A stretch of DNA of 64,000 bases from Octopus sinensis (GCF_006345805.1 NC_042999.1:78430001-78494000), one strand, 5' to 3'; positions 37,300 through 51,529 are shown, counted from the stretch's first letter. Notes: generated by a model not told the origin, from the sequence alone. A program made the numbers and translations.

Positions 37300-40200
37300 T
37301 CACATATATTCCTGTATATTTGAAACCACGCTTTTTCCCAACTCGTGAGTAGACTTTTCCTTAACCACAAACTATTTTCATAATTTTCAAACGACCAAAT
37401 ATTTTCAAACACCTTCTGATAACTAAAGGATCACCCACACATTAAAAATTAGAAAAAGAGGGGGAAAAAAAAAGAAAAGAAAAGAAAGATAAAATAACTA
37501 CAAGCTCATAATTCAAATACAAACTTCTCAGTATTACAACAAACATTCTGTACAATCAATTCTACATACTTCTCCTTAAAAAAAAAAAAAAAAATAATAA
37601 TTAAAAGTAATCAACAAAACGAACGAACAAAATAAAATTTAATAAAACATATCAACCAGAATGGCTAGCCACCAAAAATCCAACAAAAACTGGTCTGATA
37701 ATAAAATCGACGTTCTTATCAACACATGGCATGGCCTTACCGAAACAGAGAGCATAGGTGCTTCGTGTCTGAACGAAATTGCCAAACGAACAGTTCACCA
37801 TTTGCAAACTCGATCTGAACAGCAGATACAAAATAAATTAAAACAAATCGAAGTTGCTTTTAAATTAATAAATAAACACTTCGATAAACTGAGATGTGTT
37901 TTCTCTTCGAACGCATCACCGGCGCAACAACAACAACAACAACCTCAACAACAACAAACTCAGCGGCAACAACAACAACAGCTACAGCAACAACAACAAC
38001 TTCAGCAGCAACAACCTCAGAGGCAACAACAACAACCTCAACAACAACAACAGGATGAACCACTCCTTGATTCATCTACAATGGCCGATTTGCTAAATGA
38101 AACGATTGACCCCCCAGTCATCAGGGTCACACAGCAGGAAGCACCACCCCTTCCTTTCACTGCCCCAGCAGCTCAATCATCATCATTGTCAACACCATCT
38201 CCTCTGCTTACTACTACTAGTACTACTCCCACTATATATCGACAAACATCTTTGTCTTGGAATCGACCTCCTCAATCATTACCACTGTCAACATCTCTTC
38301 TACCTACTACTACTACTACTACAGCTACTACTACTAATGCTATCTCAAGGAATTTACCTCCTACAGGTCACAAATGTCGCCAAAACTTCAACAAACTATC
38401 ATCTACACCTTTCACAGCTCACACACACACACGCACGCACCTACCACCCACTCGAACCCCATCATTTGCCGATATTCTCTTCGCCATAGACTGTGCACTG
38501 ATAGAGACTGCAAATTCACCCATTTACCTGGAACAAAACGCTCTATCCCCACAACTACAACAGCAACCACCATAATACAACATCACCACAACCACCATAT
38601 CTCAAACAAGGATCCCCAAATCTGCCGCTATTCCCAGCGAGACAGATTGTGCTTGCACAGGGATTGCCCCTTTACCCATCTCCCGGGGACTCGTCGGACA
38701 TTTAAGATAACCACTCACATAAAATAGCCGCGGCCACAGTCACCTGCGGTTCCCTAGACAGGAAACCACCTCTTCTTCCTCTTTTTTAGCTATAATGAAT
38801 CTAGCAAAAGAACTGGAAAAAAACATCCGAGCTATCACCCACGCCATCCACCACTATTACCCCACTACACATGCCATTAAAAAGCAATCAAATAAACAAA
38901 TCACAAAACAATTAAAACCATCCACTCTCGCCTCAACATTTCTGCTAATGCCCAAGGCATCAGCCCTTCCACCAATACACAAAAATGAAGATAAGATTCC
39001 TGGAGGACTGGGTCGAGGCCCATCCAAACCACATCCCTTTCTTCGTCCTCACTGAAACCCATCTTAGTGACCTCCACTTGGAAGCCGAGGTGAAAGTTAA
39101 AAATTTCAAAACCATTCGTGCTGATCGTGTTGGCAGAAGAAAGGGTGGGACTGCCATTTATGTCCATGATTCATTCTCAACAGAAGCCATGAACATATTT
39201 TCGAATGGATACTGCGAAGCAGTCGCTGTATTCAGTCAAACCAACAACTTAACAGTAGTTGGGCTCTACAGACCACCCAAACGCCCCTACCATGCTTCAA
39301 GGAATGCCTCAACATAAAGTGTTTCATTCAGCAGTGTCAACCTGACATTTTAGATGGGAGATTTCAACCTCCGGGGTTGACTGGTCTACAAACAGTCTGC
39401 CGCCAGGTTCTCTCTCTCTCAACCGTTCTGACAACCCCTGACGGAGGCAGTGGAATCGCTTCTTGACTTCATGGATGACTTCTTCTTGTCCCAACTGGTA
39501 CTCGAACCAACGAGATGTCACAAAAACGTCTTAGACTTAATTTTCAGCAATCACACTGATACTATCCACAATATTGCAGTGGAGAAAACCCTACTCTCCG
39601 ACCATGACATGGTTCTCTGTGATCTGAGATTTCACTGGCCAAAATGCAAAACAAATGTCATTCCTCCTGTTCATCCATTTGACACTATGGATTTCCACAA
39701 TGCAAACTGGGAAGCGATCAATAATGATCTTGCACAAGTCGATTGGTCCTTCACGCACACATACACACACCCACTAACATCAAAAAGTCCTGGCAGTCAC
39801 TTGTAGACACCATCACATCGAACATATGTGCAAGGCACACCCCATTAAGATCTGCAAACAAATCTAAGTGTCGAATCCCTAGAAATAGAAAATCTCTCAT
39901 AAGGAAAATAAAAGAATCAACAAAAAGATAAACATGCTGAAATACTGTCAACAGCAACACACACCAACCTGACTGCCATCTCGTCGCTAGAGATTAAAAA
40001 ACATAAACTCCAAAACAACATGATGTCTATCATCAATAGTCAGCGAAGAGCTGAAGGGCCTGGGCCATTGAGAAGATCAAACTCAATCCCAAAGTGTTCT
40101 TTTCATTTGCAAAAAACACAGAGTCACTGGTTCTACTACTGTTGGCCCTCTGATTGATGAAAATGGTACTCTTCAAGACAATGCCAAAACCATGGGAGAA

Positions 40201-40880
40201 ATATTTGCAGAAACAATATTGCTCTGTTTTCAACAATCCTGATATGACTGATCTGGGCTGTATCAGTGATGTTACTCCAATACACTTTATCGGAAATTTA
40301 CGGACATTTGGCGCTCCTGATGTCTTAGCAGCAATAAAGGAAATGAAGCATAATTCAGCAGTAGGTCCCGATAGGTTCCTGCTTGTGTCTTGAAGATGTG
40401 TCAAAACCAACTTGCACCCCCTCTAGCCAATCTGTGGCGGAACTCATTGGATGCTGGATATATACCAGAAGACCTTCTATCCCAGTCTGTTGTCCCAGTT
40501 TTCAAAAGGAAACAAATCGCTTGCCGTGAATTACCGTCCAATCTCACTCACCTCTCATATCATCAAGGTATTTGAGAGGGTGCTGAGATCGCGTATGACT
40601 CACTTCCTTGAGAGTCATAATATGCTGAACCCCAACCAGCATGGATTCCGTAATGGGAGAGATTGCCTGACGCAGCTACTGCATCATTTTTATGACATTT
40701 TGAGAGCCTTGGGAAGGTTCCAACACTGATGTCATCTACCTTGATTTCAGCAAGGCCTTTGACATGGTTGATCATAAGATCCTTCTGAGAAAGCTGTCCA
40801 TATTGGTGTCACTGGAAAGCTGCTGCAATGGATCAAGTGCTTCCTCTCTAACAGAACCCAACATGTTGTAGTCGAAGGAG
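37300..40880 (+). mobile_element. Near full-length CR1/L2-type LINE: ORF1 plus APE-RT ORF2, cut by the gap
   Basis: APE motifs (VLTETHL, GGTAIYV, GLYRPP, GDFNLP, LDLIFSN, LSDHDMV) and RT motifs (NYRPISLTSHIIKVFER, NQHGFR, YLDFSKAFD) across several frameshifts. Confidence 0.92.
37661..38727 (+). CDS. LINE ORF1: Myb/SANT-like N-terminus, polyQ, S/T/P-rich linker, two CCCH fingers (frameshifted)
   Basis: WSDNKIDVLINTW...RSEQQIQNKLK; (CAA/CAG)n; CRYSLRHRLCTDRDCKFTH and CRYSQRDRLCLHRDCPFTH (C-x8-C-x4-C-x3-H) read in the second frame. Confidence 0.6.
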
Positions 40881-40980
40881 NNNNNNNNNNNNNNNNNNNN
40901 NNNNNNNNNNNNNNNNNNNNNNNNNNNNNNNNNNNNNNNNNNNNNNNNNNNNNNNNNNNNNNNNNNNNNNNNNNNNNNNN
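40881..40980. other. Assembly gap (100 N)
   Basis: Run of Ns. Confidence 1.
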
Positions 40981-43900
40981 TCAGGCATGTCAATGCTTCT
41001 GACCCGTATTAAAGTTCTATTAATGCTAACAGTGGATTTATTGAATAGGTGAGATAAAAGGATTTCAAGGTTAATGGTACCATTTTCAAATACACGCTTT
41101 TCTTTTCTTTTTGATGAGTTATTCCTCTTTTTCTGAATTCATAAAAAATGGCTTCAAAGTACTGACTGACACACCCTGTATTTTGACACATCTTCTTGGT
41201 GACCATATTGACACATTCACAATGTAATGTTTAATGGTATGAATAAAATCGATAAGTTTGAATTGATTTGAATTACCTGTGCAGTTTTTCAGATTGTGTC
41301 CATGTTTTATTCTGGGAGGTGAGAATCTCTGTTTCATGTGTTCCTTGTAACCTTCCAGGCAATTTACTTTCAGAGTGCCCGGTTCCGTTTGTGTCAGATT
41401 TGCATGTGCTACAGTTGGTTTTCACCGCAGGGACTAAGAGCTGGAATGAGAAGAGGGATATTTCGGTTTGACTGCCAGCATTTCCAAAAATCAAAGTTTA
41501 CTGAAAATTAAAAAATTTGGCACAATAACACACTTGCCCAAACTGAAATGTTGGAGTTATTTAATTTTTTCCAGAAAAAATGGTCTTAAAATGTTATAGA
41601 GGTTTAAAGTTTGATAATTTTTCACCCAGTCATGAAACAGGATTGGAAGCTGTCATTTTGTGCGTGACTACACATTTGTCATCAACATCCTGAAAATATT
41701 TGTCAATATTTTAAACATGTGTTATGTCTCCAGTAATTTTCTTTCAAGTAAATAAATCTTATTTGGCTTGTTATTTTTAGCACACCCCCACAACCACCAG
41801 CGTTTAATGCAATGTGATAAAAATGTTACATGTGATAAAACACATTACAATTTTTAATAGAGAGATTTGGAAGAAGAATTAGATGAAAGTTCTCTGGTAA
41901 TTTTCTTTCGTGTAAATAAATATTTATATCAATTTGAAAAATTTGCCAGCAAAATCTTATAAAATGATAATGTTCCAAAAGATGTACATGTTTATATGTT
42001 ATATATGAAATTAAGAGTGAACAAAATATGCATAAAAACAAACATTTAAGCATGCAATAAGCAACACATTTAACACACGTGCTTCTTTTCAGACTTTTGA
42101 AAGACTGTTACTACGGCAACAGGCAAAGAGTTCTCATGTTCCGCTTTTACTATTGAAACCAGACATGAAATGTGTCTGTGGCTTACGAAGTGGCTATAAT
42201 TACCAAAACTTTCAAACCTTAATTACTAATAACTCTTTATTTATTGATTTATAATGAAAATTACATTCACTTATAAATAGTACAAAAGTGTATCATTACA
42301 CTGAATATGAAATCAATTCGAATAGAAATTGATGCTGGCAGACATGACAGCCAAACAAAAGATCTGAGAAGAGATATCTTTTACAACACATAGTTATGGC
42401 CAGCAGATGATTTAACTTGGACATCTACTGTTTGTATTACGTACATATATATGTGTAGCATAGACTCGGTTTTAATTCCTCTTCCCTTTATTATATATAC
42501 ATGCATTCCAAACGTAGCAGGGGGAACAGCTAGCCTTTGGTCGATATTTGGATCCCGTTGTGTCCACTACTCTGATTGGTTGGTATTGGCGCAATATGTC
42601 TCTTACTCGATTGCACCAACTGCCGCGTTATAAATACGGTCACATGAGACAGCCTGTTCTTCTTTTGAGCCTACAGGTCCTTATAAAAACTCATCTTTAA
42701 ACTCCTTTGAAGTATTTTGCTTCCAGACCTTTTCAGGCCTAGCACTGACCACACAAGGCAACAAACCAATTCAGTGACAACTCCAGACAACACCATTCCA
42801 CAACAGTTACGTTGAGACTTACCAACTTCGTTCCAAACAGCATTAAGGCAACCTCCATCATGTCCTTAACATCGTCAGCATAATCTCTCTACGTACCAAG
42901 CCCAGCAAGCAACTCGCGCAGGTTCCAACACTTCACTATTTGTGAATTACTTCACCATGGATCAACAGTGAATATACAACCTGCAATAACTCTGTATCAA
43001 GTGATTCGGGCAGCAACATCACAGCCACGACTTCACGTATGACATGTACCTGCAACCGACTCAGCATCATGTCTGCGACTCTGGGTACAGTATTTCAACT
43101 ACCGTGTACAATTGACTACGAACTGGTATTCTCTTTGTGTGGCTAATGCTTAGCAGTATTTTGTCTGCCATTATTCTGAGTCAAATTCCACCGAGGTCGA
43201 CTTTGCCTTCGTCCTTTGGGGTCGACTAAGTAAGTACCAGTTACACACTGGGGTCGATGTAATCAACTTAATACCTTTGTCGGTCCTTTTTTGTCCCCTC
43301 TATGTTTGGTCCCCTGGGGCAATAAGAATAGATATGTTCTTTGCACGCGCATACATCTATGCTTACACGCACACATACATTTGTTCTCATGACGGCCCTG
43401 TCTAATATTCTGTATACATGACACACACAGACACATTCTACACGGATGTATCTCCTTTTTCCCTCTGGCATTTATATGTACCATTCTATGTTTATATTTA
43501 TGTAAGGCCTATGTGATGTACTAAAGAGCTATTCTTGTCACCTCTCATCGCATGGTCCTTACATATGTTTGCCAAAGACTTGAAAGCGATCATAATATCG
43601 ACATGATTTACAACCGCTACATGGATTTACAACTGCAGCGTCACATTATATTTCGAAGGTTGTGCATTTGCAATTTAAAACAGGAGATTGCTACCAAATG
43701 TCTAATAAACAAAGATACATTTCTGATGAAGACATCACACATATGATTCAGCAAACCCAAAAATGCTATCAAGGTACTACATCTCTATGCGACACAACGT
43801 TGTCGCTAAAACCAAATATTATTTTCTACTCTAGGCACAAGGCCCAAAACTTTTGGGGATGGGGGCAGTCGATTACATCGACCCTAGTACGCAACTGGCA

Positions 43901-44702
43901 ACTTAATTACTGACCCCGAACGAATGAAAGGCAAAGTCGACCTCGGCGGAATTTGAAACTCAGAAACGTACGGACAGACGAAATACCTATTTTCTTTACT
44001 ACCCACAAGGGGCTATACACAGAGGGGACAAACAAGGGCAGACAAACGGATTAAATCGATTATATCGACCCCAGTGCGTAAATGCTACTTATCTAATCGA
44101 CCCCGAAAGGATGAAAGGCAAAGTCGACCTCGGCGGAATTTGAACTCAGACCGTAAAGACAGGCGAAATACCTATTTCTTTACTACCACAAGGGGTTAAA
44201 CACAGAGGAGACAAACAAGACAGACAGACGGAGGATGAAGTCGATTATATCGATCCCAGTGCGTAACTGATTTATTTATATCCCGAAAGGATTGAAAGGA
44301 TGAAAGGCAAAGTCGACCTCGGGGGAATTTGAACTCAGAACGTAGCGGCAGACGAAATACCGATAAGCGTTTCGCCCGGCGTGCTAACGTTTCTTATTTC
44401 TTTATTGCCCACACGGGGCTAAACGTGGAGGGGACTAACAAGGACAGACAAAAAGGGATTAAGTCGATTGCATCGACCTCAGTGCGTAACCGGTACTTAA
44501 TTTATCGACCTCGAAAGGATGAAAGGCAAAGCCGACCTCGGCGGAATTTGAACTCAGAATGTAACGGCAGACGAAATACCGCTAAGCATTTAGCCCGGCG
44601 TGCTAACGTTTCTGCCAGCTCGCAGCTTTGCTAAACCAATGTATTATTACAATGCTATCCGAGAAAAAAAAAAAAGAAAAGAAAAGACTGCTCTGGAATA
44701 AA
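40981..44702 (+). repeat. Direct duplicate of 26098-29824
   Basis: Colinear throughout; differences are mostly 1-nt indels; starts immediately after the N gap. Confidence 0.95.
41277..41440 (-). pseudogene. Frameshifted duplicate of the 26.4 kb Sushi exon (probably an assembly or sequencing artefact)
   Basis: Same splice sites, 164 nt versus 168 nt; net -4 nt, mostly in homopolymer runs. Lies inside the 40981-44702 duplicate. Confidence 0.7.
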
Positions 44703-44864
44703 CTTCACATTTGTGAATGAAACGATTGTGTCAACAGCCCCTTCCCACCCGCGTGAATTCGGTGAACCAGTTGCGGGTTTATTTAGCTCGCTCTGATACT
44801 GAGGGAGTTCAGGTGCCTTCTGGTATCTCAAAATTTCAATATATAATCATTATGATTATAGTAT

Positions 44865-44977
44865 TCTACGCTTGAAGAGAAAAGAAAGTTCGGTAAGATA
44901 GAATTATTTATTATTTAATATAATATTTAATTCGGATGCTTTCCTTAAACTTCATTTCGAAAACGTACGTCCGTGGA
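44865..44977 (+). ncRNA. Degenerate homologue of the 54.3 kb hammerhead
   Basis: UCUACG-CUUGAAGA-GAAA...UUUC-GAAA-ACGUACGU-C-CGUGGA. Two 1-nt insertions in the core, in an indel-rich region. Flanks 44790-45030 match 54220-54450. Confidence 0.5.
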
Positions 44978-45149
44978 AACTAAAAAAATGTATGATAGAT
45001 GCAGTCAATTCAATTCTCTCTTACCTGTTTGGCCTTTCCAAATGCTGTTTTAATGGATCTCCCTTTTAGTAGACGAAATATGTAAAACCGTTGATGCTAT
45101 TTTCAATTCGGTATGTGGTAAGGCAACTCGTTGCTAAACCCTTATGCTT

Positions 45150-45342
45150 AGTATTACTTTGTATAATATATATTGTATATATATTATATGTATATATATA
45201 TATATATGTATATATATATGTATATATATAATATGTATATATATATGTATATTATATATATGTATATATATATATATGTATATATATATATGTATATATA
45301 ATATATACACATATATATATATATAATGTATATATATATATA

Positions 45343-45386
<44 letters not shown>

Positions 45387-45559
45387 ATATGTAGTATATT
45401 ATGTATATATATATATGTAATATATATGCATATATTAGTATAATATATATGTTATAATATATATATGTATATATATAATGTATATATATATATGTATATA
45501 TGTAATATGTATTTATATATATGTATATATATATATAATATATATATATAGTATGTATA

Positions 45560-45602
<43 letters not shown>

Positions 45603-45710
45603 GTATATGTGTATATATAGATGTATATATATGTATATATATAGATGTTTATATATGTGTATATATATATATATTGTATATATATGTATATATAAATAGG
45701 TATATATATG

Positions 45711-45744
<34 letters not shown>

Positions 45745-45820
45745 TATAATAATATATTATATATATGTATCTATATATATTTAGTATATATATATATATA
45801 TTGATATTAATATATCTTAA
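45150..45820. repeat. (TA)n microsatellite
   Basis: Directly visible. Confidence 0.95.
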
Positions 45821-45824
45821 CACA

Positions 45825-46710
45825 CAAATAGTGAGCGGTATGTTCGCAGGGTACTGTTCTGGGACCACTACTGTTCATAATGGCCCTCTCAGACATGCCC
45901 TAAGCCACGCAGAGAGCACGATCACAAGTTATGCAGATGATACAAAAGTTTCACAGCAATACAGAACCCTGAGGACACTAAAACACCTGCAATGTGAGCT
46001 GGACGAAATATACAAGTGGGCTGAAAGAATAGCATGCAGTTCAATGCTGGAAAGTTTCAAGCTTTATACTATCAGCATGCAAAACTGAATGCAATACCCA
46101 ATGAATACACTGGACCGGAGGGATTGCAATCCCAGAGGCACAATCAGTGCGTGACTGGGTATTCACATGAGTGATGACGCGACTTTCATGTACATGTTGC
46201 TAAACTGACAATGAAATGTAGACGGCTGGCTGGATGGATATTAGAACCTTTAGAAAAAGAGAAACAAGAAACCATGATGGTCCTCTGGAAGACACTTGTC
46301 CTAAGCCACTTTGATTATGCTCTCAGCTATGGCACCATCCAGTGTCAAGTTGATCACAGAACTTGAGGCGATCCAACGAAGCTACACGAAGAAGATAGCC
46401 TCTATGCAGAATGTAAGCTACTGGAAAGACTCAAGAGATTAAATTATATTCCCTGGAGCGTAGGCGGGAAAGATATCCATAATATACATCTGGAAGATCC
46501 TGGAGGGGAAGTGTCCTGAACTTTGGCATCGAGGAGTTACGCAAATGCCAGAAAATGGACGCCACTGCGTGGTGCCTAGGACTCCAAACTGCCATCAAGA
46601 TGTAGGACAAGATTCTGTGATAGCCCGGGCTTCCGAGGCCCACACCTCTTCAATATCCTCCCGAAGAACCTGAGAGACCTGCATGGGGTGGATACAGATG
46701 TCTTAAAATG
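45825..46710 (+). mobile_element. 3' RT fragment of the same LINE family as 54.5-57.1 kb, indel-rich
   Basis: Colinear nucleotide similarity to 56035-56950 (YADDTKVS region onward); flanked by (TA)n. Confidence 0.88.
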
Positions 46711-46762
46711 AATATTATATATATATATTATATATATATATATATTATATATTATATATATA

Positions 46763-46798
<36 letters not shown>

Positions 46799-46884
46799 AT
46801 ATATATATGTATATATTATATATGTATATATATATATGTATATATATGTATATATATATATATATGTATATATATATAATATAT

Positions 46885-47430
46885 GAAAAAACCTCATAAG
46901 AAAAAAATTCGAAAATAATTTTTTCTTTTGAACATATTAATTTATATTATATAGTGGGCATTATTACACATAAATGCCTCACACTAAGAGGGACATAAGT
47001 CATTTCTACCAAAAATTTCACTAAATTTCATAAATAAACGACCAACACCGTCGAAGTCGAACAGCCAACTATCACGCTATCTACCTGATAATTTCTTGTT
47101 AAGATTCCTTATTAAGAAGTTATCCTTAATTGCTAAATTTATTCCAAAAAAATTTTTGGTATCCGAAATGCAGTTCGAAAAAGCCCGCCATTTACCGGAT
47201 ATATGATTTATAAACTTCTCCATGTGCTTCGTTGCGGAGAGGCAGTTGGCTGTTCGACTTCGACGGTGTTGGTCGTTTTATTTAGATGTGTTTCAGAATC
47301 AGTTTCTACCGATGAGCATGGACGCAAATTTTTATGCGGTGAGTGCGAAATCACAGGTGATATAGGACTAAATTCATTTTCTAAATGTCTTGCTTTGAAA
47401 AACTGCATTGGGGTGTCGGGTAGTTTTTGC
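46885..47430. mobile_element. Diverged relative of the 36.4 kb unit with an inverted (head-to-head) structure
   Basis: 46885-47070 is minus-strand unit sequence ending in (TA)n; 47070-47430 is plus-strand unit sequence starting at acgctatctacc. Confidence 0.7.
47301..47369 (+). ncRNA. Type I hammerhead-like motif, CCGAUGA core
   Basis: UUCUA-CCGAUGA-GCA...UGC-GAA-AUCAC(AG)GUGAU-A-UAGGA; occupies the position homologous to the 36574 HHR, with different but complementary stems. Confidence 0.7.
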
Positions 47431-48063
47431 CGTCCTCACCATGCCAACACTTGCCCCGCAGGTAGAATTTACAGGTTCTTCGGTGCCTTCCTGATTTCTT
47501 CTTTCCTGAAGTATAATGGGTAGCATTGGATCCTCCATGGGGTTCTCTGCAGTTTGTGTGGTGGGTTGGGGTTTCAGCTTTGGTTGTTTTGCCTTTTCCT
47601 CCTTTTCCCTCCTTATTTTTGATTTCGGTCCATCCTTTTTTCTTCTGTTTTTCTAATGTTTCATTTCTTTGTAGGACCATTGGTACAGGGGGCTTCTGGT
47701 TTCTGCTCCCTTGGCTCCCCTATCCTTCACTAACTGGTCGTTCACCGGGGTAGGTGATCCATTTTCCTGAGGAACCCCTGGATCACAGAGACTTCCGGCT
47801 TCCTTCTCTTTTTCGTCCTCTGCATCCTCATCAGCCTTGCCACAATAATTTTCAATTATTTGATCCAGTGTTTTGATGTGTGGTCTTATAAGCATGTAAG
47901 AGCGGATAAATTCGCCTGTTTTTCGTTCTATTTGGTCAATGCTTCTATGAAATCCATTGTTATTTAGCGCGGCAGTGATGATGTTGTTCGGCGGATCGCC
48001 ACTAGCAATTGTCCATGCTCTTAGCAGAAGATCTAACTCTTTCTTTTCCCACCTTGGTGCCAT
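47381..48063 (-). mobile_element. Isolated ORF1-like fragment (Myb/SANT-like plus start of a CCCH finger) preceded by a CT-rich leader
   Basis: MAPRWEKKELDLLLRAW...GFHRSIDQIERK, then, after a frameshift, RTCKFYLRGKCWHGEDGK. Confidence 0.55.
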
Positions 48064-48109
48064 CTTCGTTTTGAAGTCCAGAGGGGGAGTAGAGTCTACA
48101 GAGGTAATG

Positions 48110-48700
48110 AGGGATAGAGAGAGGTAGAGACGGAGAAACACAGAGGGGGGGAAATAGGGAAAGAGAGAGGTGCTATGAAAGAAATCAAGAGGGTGATAGG
48201 AGGGAAGCAAGAGGGTGTGGTGTGTTAAAGAGATAGAGGAAGGTAGGGGAGGGGGAGAGGAGGGGAATAGAAGGAGAGACAAAGTGAAGGAGAAGAGGGG
48301 AAGAGTGAAGAGAGAGCAGAGTGAAGGAGGAGGGGGAAGAGAAAGAGAAACCAGAGGGAGGGAGAGGATAGCAAGAGAAAGAGAGATAGAGTGAAGGAGA
48401 GACAGGATGAAGGATGTGAGAGAGAGGGAGAGACGGAGTGAGAAGAATGGGCGAATGAGAAGTATATGAAAGAGAGGGTGAGGTGACAAGAGGAGAGGCA
48501 GATGTGAGATGGAAAGGAAAGGGAAATGAGAGAAGAGGAGGATATGAAAGGGAGGAGGAGAGATGAGAAAAAGAGTAAGATATGCAAGAGAGAGGGAAAG
48601 GGTAAGCGTAAAGAGAGATAAAGGGAGGGAGAAAAGAGCTGGAAGTGGGGGAATATATGTAAGGGAGGAGAGAGGAGGTAGAAGAAAGTGAGGAAATGAA
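48110..48700. repeat. GA-rich polypurine tract
   Basis: Directly visible. Confidence 0.9.
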
Positions 48701-49269
48701 GCAATTACAGGAAAATAAACATATGAAAAGAATTTTTAAATGTTGGTTTTATAGAGATGACATTAAAGGTAGATTGAAAGCGAAACAGAAATTGAAAGAA
48801 AGTTATTCTCAGAATATAAACAAAGATGGCGTCGTAAATCGTAACTGAGATGTTAGCTTATATTAAAGGAAAATAAAGGATTAATAAACAAACTGGAAGC
48901 GATACTTATCGTAAACGGTACAGTCCAAACCCTCGTGCTTGTACGAAGAAGTTTTCTTTCACAACAGAAAAGAAAACAATTCTTTTTCCTTCTTACATTT
49001 GGCTGGATATAAATTAAAGACTTGCCACCACGTGCTTTTTCGGTGAAGAATCTAGCATGCGTAACTAACTTTACTGTATTATATTTGGCTTTAAGCGAAA
49101 TATATTACGTTTTTAATTAATATATTTTTAATTAATGTATTTTAGTAGATTTTATGAGTTAACACGTTCTACGTTTTGTTACTTTTAGTAGATTATTTCG
49201 TCGATTTATGGAAACCTTTATTTTTTTTTCACAGAGCAAAGCAAACACGTCCTTCCTCTACGAAAACCG

Positions 49270-49299
49270 GAAATATATATATATATATATCTGTATAAT

Positions 49300-49332
<33 letters not shown>

Positions 49333-49344
49333 TATCTTATATAT

Positions 49345-49399
<55 letters not shown>

Positions 49400-50235
49400 G
49401 TATATACATACACACACACAACATATATATATATATGCCTGTATATATATACACACATACACACATATATATACCTGTATACACACATACACAACACACA
49501 CACACATATATATATACCTGTTATAGATATATATATATATATATATAATATATACATTTATATATATATATATACATATATATTATATATATAACCTGTA
49601 TATATATATACATATATATTATATATATATACCTGTATATATATATAATATATATTATATATATATACCTGTATATATGTATATATACATATACATATAT
49701 ATATATATATACCTGTAATATATATATACATACATATATATATATACCTGTATATATGTATATATATATATATAATGTATATATATATATGTAATTATAT
49801 GTATATACTATATATAGTATATATATGTATATAGATATATGTATATATATATATGTATATTATATATATGTATTATATATTTATATGTATATACTATGTG
49901 TATATATATTTATATGTATATATATTGTGTGTATATATATATATTGTATATATAATATGTATATATGTATATATATGTATATATATGTATATATATATAT
50001 GTATTATATATATGTATATATATGATATATATATATGTATATAATGTATATACACATGATTGTTATATATATATATGTATATATATATGTGTATATATAT
50101 ATGTATATATATATGTATATATATATATAGATATATATATATATATATGTATGTATATATATATGTATATATGTATGTATGTATATATATATATGTAATA
50201 TGTATTAAATATGTATATAGATATATCTATATATA

Positions 50236-50267
<32 letters not shown>

Positions 50268-50670
50268 ATATATATATATATAAAACATACATATATATAT
50301 ATATATATATATAATATATATTATATATATCTATATATATATATATATATGTATTTATATAATATGTTTATCTATATGTTTCACGTTCTCGATTGTCGGA
50401 CAGCTTTTTTATATTTCTGCTGCTTTTAAATAAAGCATATTACCTTACCTCTGGTATTTGAGTACTCTTTTTCCACCTTGTTTCACATTTATGTGTTTAC
50501 TCTGGTATATATACCTATATATATATATATATATATCTATCTAATCTATCTATAGATCTATTATCTATATATATATACATATATTATATATATTAATATA
50601 TATATATATATCTATATATATATATATACACAGTACTATACATATGTGCATATACATAATAGAAACAATC
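49270..50670. repeat. Long imperfect (TA)n / TATG microsatellite
   Basis: Directly visible. Confidence 0.95.
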
Positions 50671-51529
50671 TAACATCCAGATTCTCCAACCCATACCAGC
50701 ACGGGAATGAAACATTGGATTGAAAGAACTGAACAGCGGTATAGATGTCAATACAATTTTTCTTCTTTCACTCTTCCTTCTTTCTTTCATTCTCTTTTTC
50801 ATTGTCACCTCTTTCAGATACACTAACGCCCCACCTCCCACCCACATGCGCACATACACGCACACACAAAAAACACATACACACTCTCTCTCAATGGACA
50901 ATAATAGAAAGAAATCCAGATAAATTTTTTTGAAAAACAAGACCCCCTCCATGGAGTAGTCACCTGGTTTTACCATTTTTAAAGGACAAGAATTACTTTC
51001 TATTGAAAGAACTGACCAGCTGTTCTTTCTCTCGTCCTTCCTTCTTTCTTTCTTTCCTTCTTTTTTCTATTGATACTCCTTTCAGATACACAGGCACCTA
51101 CACACACGCACACATAAACACACACAGACACACATACACACACACGCACACATAAACACACAAACAGACACACACACGCACACATAAACACACAAATACA
51201 CACACATCCACACGCGCACACACACACACACACACACACACGACTAACTTCAACATAGTTTCCGTCTTCTTAATTTACTCACACGTCATTGGTTGGCCCG
51301 GGCCTATAGTAGAATATACTTGGGCAATATGGCGCGCAGTGAAATTGAATCCGAAACCACGTTGTTGGAAATCGAGCTGTCTATAATGTACTGTAACCAT
51401 TAAATATAAAGAACAACACAAAAGATACAATGCCTATCACATGATTGAAATTTCCAGACTCTGATCTCGACGTGCGAAATTAAACAGAAAATACGTTCAG
51501 TGCCCACTATATAACAAGGCTTTGGCAAA

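Noticed and set aside
48064-48704. L/S/F-rich N-terminal extension of ORF 47653-48489 and ORF 48225-48704
   Set aside because: Translation of the CT-rich low-complexity tract.
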